From: Myxococcota bacterium
GTDB taxonomy: Bacteria > Myxococcota_A > Polyangia > Nannocystales > Nannocystaceae
Reading direction: 5' to 3'
DNA: 64,000 nucleotides
Assembly (NCBI GenBank): GCA_039194325.1
Contig: JBCCWC010000003.1
Location: forward strand, 160,001-224,000
Below, piece by piece: positions 57,065 through 64,000 of this stretch (the first letter of the stretch is position 1; each line of letters begins with the position of its first letter). The notes below the pieces were generated by a model, which saw only the letters and a list, made by a program, of their open reading frames with translations, did no database searches and was not told the DNA's origin. Both the position numbers and the translations under genes were made by a program.

Positions 57065-57943
57065 ATGCGAAGCGCACGTGCATCGGCGTTCATGGTGGTG
57101 CTGTTCGGCTGCACCCCCAAGGGGACTGCTCAATCGCCGGAGCCCGAGCCCGCCGTGGCGGAGGTGACCGATGGCGGGGCCGATGCGACCAGCGGTACGA
57201 CGGAGACCCCGGGCACGTCGGGCCCGGGACAGGAATCGCCCGCCGATCCCGGCGCCGAAGCCAGTGATCCTCCGGGACAGGTAGATCCCGCGACCGAGCC
57301 CGCGACGCCGACCGCCGAGGCCGAGCCCGCGACGGCCGAGCCCGCGACGGCCGATTCCGGGGCCGCCGAGCCTTCGGGTCCTTCGCCCAAGTCCGAACCC
57401 AAGCCGGTGGTCGCCACGCTCGAGCTGCCCCGGCCGGTCCACGGCAAGGTCGACGCTACGTGTGGTCGTGACGCTGGCGTGGGGCAATCGCTCAAGTCGT
57501 TCTCGTTGCCCGGCCTCGAGGAGGGCAAGACGATCACCAATCGCACCTTCCGTGGTCGCGTGCAGGTGGTGAACTTCTGGGGCACGTGGTGCAAGCCCTG
57601 CCTCAAGGAGCTGCCCGAGTTCGACCAATTGTACCGGCGCTATCGCAAGCACGGCATGACCCTGCTGGCCATCGCCACCGACGAGGACGCCCAAGCGGTC
57701 AAGGAGACGATCACCAAGAAGAGGCTCGGGGCCAAGATCGCCATCGCCGGCGAGGACTACGCCGGGCAGTACGGCAGCCCCAAGTTCCCCTTTACCTTCG
57801 TGGTCGACCACAAGGGGGTGATCCGCGGTTCCTATCGCGGCTACAAGCCCGAGTGCATGGGCAAGCTCGAGGCCGACATTCGCGAGCAGCTGCAGGTGCG
57901 CGCCGAGGCCCGGGCGCGGCGCAAGAAGAACAAGCGCAGTTGA
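57065..57943 (+). CDS. TlpA/ResA-like thiol-disulfide oxidoreductase lipoprotein
   Basis: Lipobox LFGC; VVNFWGTWCKPC..ELP; P.TFVVD..G.I. Confidence 0.9.
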   Translation: MRSARASAFMVVLFGCTPKGTAQSPEPEPAVAEVTDGGADATSGTTETPGTSGPGQESPADPGAEASDPPGQVDPATEPATPTAEAEPATAEPATADSGAAEPSGPSPKSEPKPVVATLELPRPVHGKVDATCGRDAGVGQSLKSFSLPGLEEGKTITNRTFRGRVQVVNFWGTWCKPCLKELPEFDQLYRRYRKHGMTLLAIATDEDAQAVKETITKKRLGAKIAIAGEDYAGQYGSPKFPFTFVVDHKGVIRGSYRGYKPECMGKLEADIREQLQVRAEARARRKKNKRS

Positions 57944-57975
57944 GCGCAGTTGAGCGAAGTTGAGCGCAGCTGAGC
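57933..57975. repeat. 10-bp tandem repeat x4 spanning the stop codon
   Basis: AGCGCAGTTG AGCGCAGTTG AGCGAAGTTG AGCGCAGCTG. Confidence 0.85.
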
Positions 57976-58252
57976 CGCCTCGCAGGCTCTCGAGCCCGCA
58001 CCAAAATAGGCGCGGGCCAGGCCGACAAGTTCGCCCCTTGGTCGGCCCGACCCACGCGCTCGTGTCGAGGAGACGACGCCGGCTCCCGGGATCGTTCGGC
58101 ACCGGGGTGCACCCCGGCCCGTCGCCTCGATCGCGCTAGACCAGGCACGAGGCATTTCGATCACTGCCGGGACCAACTTTGCCTACACCGACCGCGAAGG
58201 GTCGTCGATGAGCCTCGGTCGTGCTCTGGCTTATCCAGTGGCTTACCGGGGC

Positions 58253-61378
<3,126 letters not shown>

Positions 61379-61500
61379 TCGAGGGCGGGGCGGCCTACTG
61401 TGCCATAGGTTGGGCCACGGATCGGTTGGCGCGGGCGCGGGCGCGGGGCGGGCGCGACAGCCGTCGTGCACCCGAGCCGGCCTCGGCATAGAGACCCAGT

Positions 61501-62568
61501 TCAGCCGAATTTCCCGTAGGCTCCCAGATCCTTGAACGCCTGCACAAGCCGGGCGGCCATGCCCTTCTCGCCCAGGTGGACCCACGCCCGCGGGTCGATG
61601 TGCTTCTTGTTGGGCTTGTCCTCGCCCTCGGGGTTGCCGATCTGCGACTGGAGGTAGTCGCTCTTGTCGTCCATGTACTGCTTGATCGGCTGGCAGAACG
61701 CCCACTGCGTGTCGGTGTCGATGTTCATCTTGATCACCCCGTAGGAGACCGCCTCGCGGATCTCCTCGGGCGACGATCCCGAGCCGCCGTGGAACACGAA
61801 GTGCACCGGCTTGTCCCCACCGCCGTGCTTGTCCTTGATGGCCTTTTGGGAGTTGTCGAGGATCTTCGGGGTGAGCTTGACGTTGCCCGGCTTGTAGACC
61901 CCGTGGGTGTTGCCGAAGGATGCGGCCACGGTGAATGGCCCCACCGGCTTGAGCGTCTCGTAGGCCTGCAGCACCTCGGCCGGCTGGGTGTAGAGCTTGG
62001 AGTTGTCGATGTCGGTGTTGTCGACCCCGTCCTCCTCGCCCCCGGTCACCCCCAGCTCGATCTCCAGGGTCATGCCGATCTTGGCGAGCCGCCCCAGGGT
62101 CTGGCGGCACTGCTCGAGGTTCTCGCCCAGCGGCTCCTCGCTCAGGTCCAGCATGTGCGAGCTGTAGAGGGGCTCGCCGTGCTTTTCGTAGAAGGCCTCG
62201 CCGGCGCTGACCATGCCGTCGATCCAGGGCAGCAGCTTCTTGGCCGCGTGGTCGGTGTGCAGCACCACCGAGACCCCGTAGGCCTGCGCGATCGAGCGCA
62301 CGTAGTGGGCGGCCGCCACCGCCCCCGCGATCGCCCCCGCGTGGCCCTCCTTGGGCAGGAACTTGCCGCCGAAGAAGTGAGCCCCGCCGTTGGATACCTG
62401 GACGATGACCGGCGCCTTGGCCTCCTTGGCCGCCTGCAGCGCAGCATTGGCGCTGTGCGAGCCGATCACGTTGACCGCGGGCAGCGCGCACTCGTTGTCC
62501 TGACAATAGTCGAACAGCTCGGTCAGAGCGTTGCCGGTGACGATTCCTGGCTTGAGCGAGAGGGCCAT
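61501..62568 (-). CDS. fbaA: Fructose-bisphosphate aldolase class II
   Basis: LPAVNV, HTDHAAKKLLPWIDG, SSHMLDLSEE, GGEEDG, FGNTHG, FHGGSG, KMNIDTD. Confidence 0.96.
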   Translation of the reverse strand: MALSLKPGIVTGNALTELFDYCQDNECALPAVNVIGSHSANAALQAAKEAKAPVIVQVSNGGAHFFGGKFLPKEGHAGAIAGAVAAAHYVRSIAQAYGVSVVLHTDHAAKKLLPWIDGMVSAGEAFYEKHGEPLYSSHMLDLSEEPLGENLEQCRQTLGRLAKIGMTLEIELGVTGGEEDGVDNTDIDNSKLYTQPAEVLQAYETLKPVGPFTVAASFGNTHGVYKPGNVKLTPKILDNSQKAIKDKHGGGDKPVHFVFHGGSGSSPEEIREAVSYGVIKMNIDTDTQWAFCQPIKQYMDDKSDYLQSQIGNPEGEDKPNKKHIDPRAWVHLGEKGMAARLVQAFKDLGAYGKFG

Positions 62569-62740
62569 GTGGCTACCTCTACCAGGCGAGGACCGGCGAT
62601 GGGCACGCGGCGATGCGAGCAGGGGCGTGAGGATCTGCGCACGAGGACATTCTCGCCCGTGACTCCGAGGCGAGCGTTGTTTGGCCTCCAGGAGTCCGGA
62701 TCGTTGCCGATCGATCGATCCCCTGCACGCTAGCATCGCG

Positions 62741-63550
62741 ATGTCACAAATGCCTCGCTGGTCGATGTTGCTCGGGTCGAGCCTCCTGGTGTCCTGCATG
62801 GCCACCACGGAGCCGATCCGCACGGTCGAGGTTTTGGCCGAGGACACCGCTGAAGATCCAGCCAAGGATCCGGCCGAGGATCCAGCCGAGGATCCCGCGG
62901 ATCGTTTGCCTCAGCGCGCCGAGACGCTGGTAGTGATGCTCCCGGGCATGGGAGACGATCCCGAGGCCTACGCCGAGCACGGGTTCCTCGAGGACATGCA
63001 GCGCCGCGGCCTCGAGGTCGACGTGGTCTCCGTGGACGCGCACCTGGGCTACTACACCCGGCGTGAGCTCTTGCCTCGCCTGCGCGAAGACGTCTTCGAC
63101 GTCGCTCGGTCCCGGGGCTATCGCTCGATCTGGGTGGTCGGGATCTCCATGGGTGGCCTGGGTGCGTTGCTCACCGCGCAGGAGTTCGGCGACCAGATCG
63201 ACGGAGTCGTCTTACTCTCCCCCTTCCTCGGCAAGCGACCCGCGATCCGACGGATCGAAGCCGCCGGAGGCGCTCGCGACTGGCAGCCTCCTGCCGAGCC
63301 CTCGTCGGACTACACCGTCGAGCTATGGCGCTGGCTCAAGGCCTACGCCACCGAGCCCGCCACGCGCCCCGCGATGTTCGTCGCCTACGGCACCCGCGAG
63401 GGCACACGCAGCTACCCACTACTGGCCGAGCTGCTCCCCGCCGAGCGGGTCGTAACGGTGACCGGCGGGCACGAGTGGGACACATGGAAGGACGGCTGGA
63501 CCCGGCTGCTCGAGGCGGATGCGTTCCACAGCGACGCGACGACGCCATGA
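62741..63550 (+). CDS. Alpha/beta hydrolase lipoprotein
   Basis: Lipobox LVSC; LPGMGD; GISMGG nucleophile elbow; GGHEW. Confidence 0.85.
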   Translation: MSQMPRWSMLLGSSLLVSCMATTEPIRTVEVLAEDTAEDPAKDPAEDPAEDPADRLPQRAETLVVMLPGMGDDPEAYAEHGFLEDMQRRGLEVDVVSVDAHLGYYTRRELLPRLREDVFDVARSRGYRSIWVVGISMGGLGALLTAQEFGDQIDGVVLLSPFLGKRPAIRRIEAAGGARDWQPPAEPSSDYTVELWRWLKAYATEPATRPAMFVAYGTREGTRSYPLLAELLPAERVVTVTGGHEWDTWKDGWTRLLEADAFHSDATTP

Positions 63551-63565
63551 GTGCGGGCGAGACCA

Positions 63566-64000
63566 CTAGAGCTCGTGGCCCAGGTACACCTTGGTCTGCG
63601 GATACCTGCGCACGAACGCCCGTAGCTGCGCCAGGCTCTGGGCGTTGAGCTTTTGGTCACCGGTGAACTTGCCGGGCTCCACCCCGTGCTCCCAGCCCCA
63701 GCGGGTGTGCGAGGTGTCGCCGACGAAGAGTGCCGGGCCCTCGGCGGCGTTGACCAGCCACGCCATGCTGCCCTTGGTGTGGCCTTCGCAGACGATCCCC
63801 CAGATCGAACCATCACCCAGTAGATCGACGACCGCATCAAAGGGATCGAGCGCGATCGACCGGTCCAGATCGATCTCTCGTATCGGGTCGCGGCCGTCGA
63901 GTAGCTGCTTGGTGGTCCGACGCTGTAGCCCATTGAACTTGCGCCGATCCCGGAGCTCACCCGGTCCCACATAGATCGGAGTCTCGGGGGGAAGATCGGG
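63566..64000 (-). CDS. Metallo-beta-lactamase fold hydrolase (AHL-lactonase-like), 5' end beyond the window
   Basis: DLLGDGS, GHTKGS, FVGD, GHE; frame open to the window end. Confidence 0.75.
   Translation of the reverse strand, partial: PDLPPETPIYVGPGELRDRRKFNGLQRRTTKQLLDGRDPIREIDLDRSIALDPFDAVVDLLGDGSIWGIVCEGHTKGSMAWLVNAAEGPALFVGDTSHTRWGWEHGVEPGKFTGDQKLNAQSLAQLRAFVRRYPQTKVYLGHEL

Overview
GC-rich, gene-dense chromosomal segment of a myxobacterium, most like the Nannocystaceae. That assignment is inferred from Cys-rich lipoproteins, a MYXO-CTERM tail, a DUF1592/DUF1552 pair and many Ser/Thr kinase-TPR proteins. It holds about 45 CDS, including housekeeping genes (carD/cdnL, pepA, bfd-bfr, argD-like, fbaA, a trans-sulfuration PLP enzyme, FKBP), five Hanks-type kinases, an ECF sigma factor, a BlaI/M56/PDZ operon and a histone H1-like Lys-rich protein. 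I saw no rRNA, tRNA, CRISPR array, transposase or integrase. Main points: (1) two unrelated, compositionally foreign ABC/AAA ATPase + TOPRIM-like (DUF3226-type) gene pairs, which are candidate anti-phage modules. One is a 1,900-bp cassette bounded by a perfect 41-bp direct repeat of the host gene 3' end; the other appears C-terminally truncated. (2) A small ribbon-helix-helix-like gene behind tandem NrdR-like boxes that overlap a perfect DnaA box. (3) A stand-alone, N-terminally shortened MurE coupled to an NlpC/P60 hydrolase. (4) Many short tandem micro-duplications, several spanning stop codons. All functional calls come from motif recognition by eye, and start codons are best guesses.
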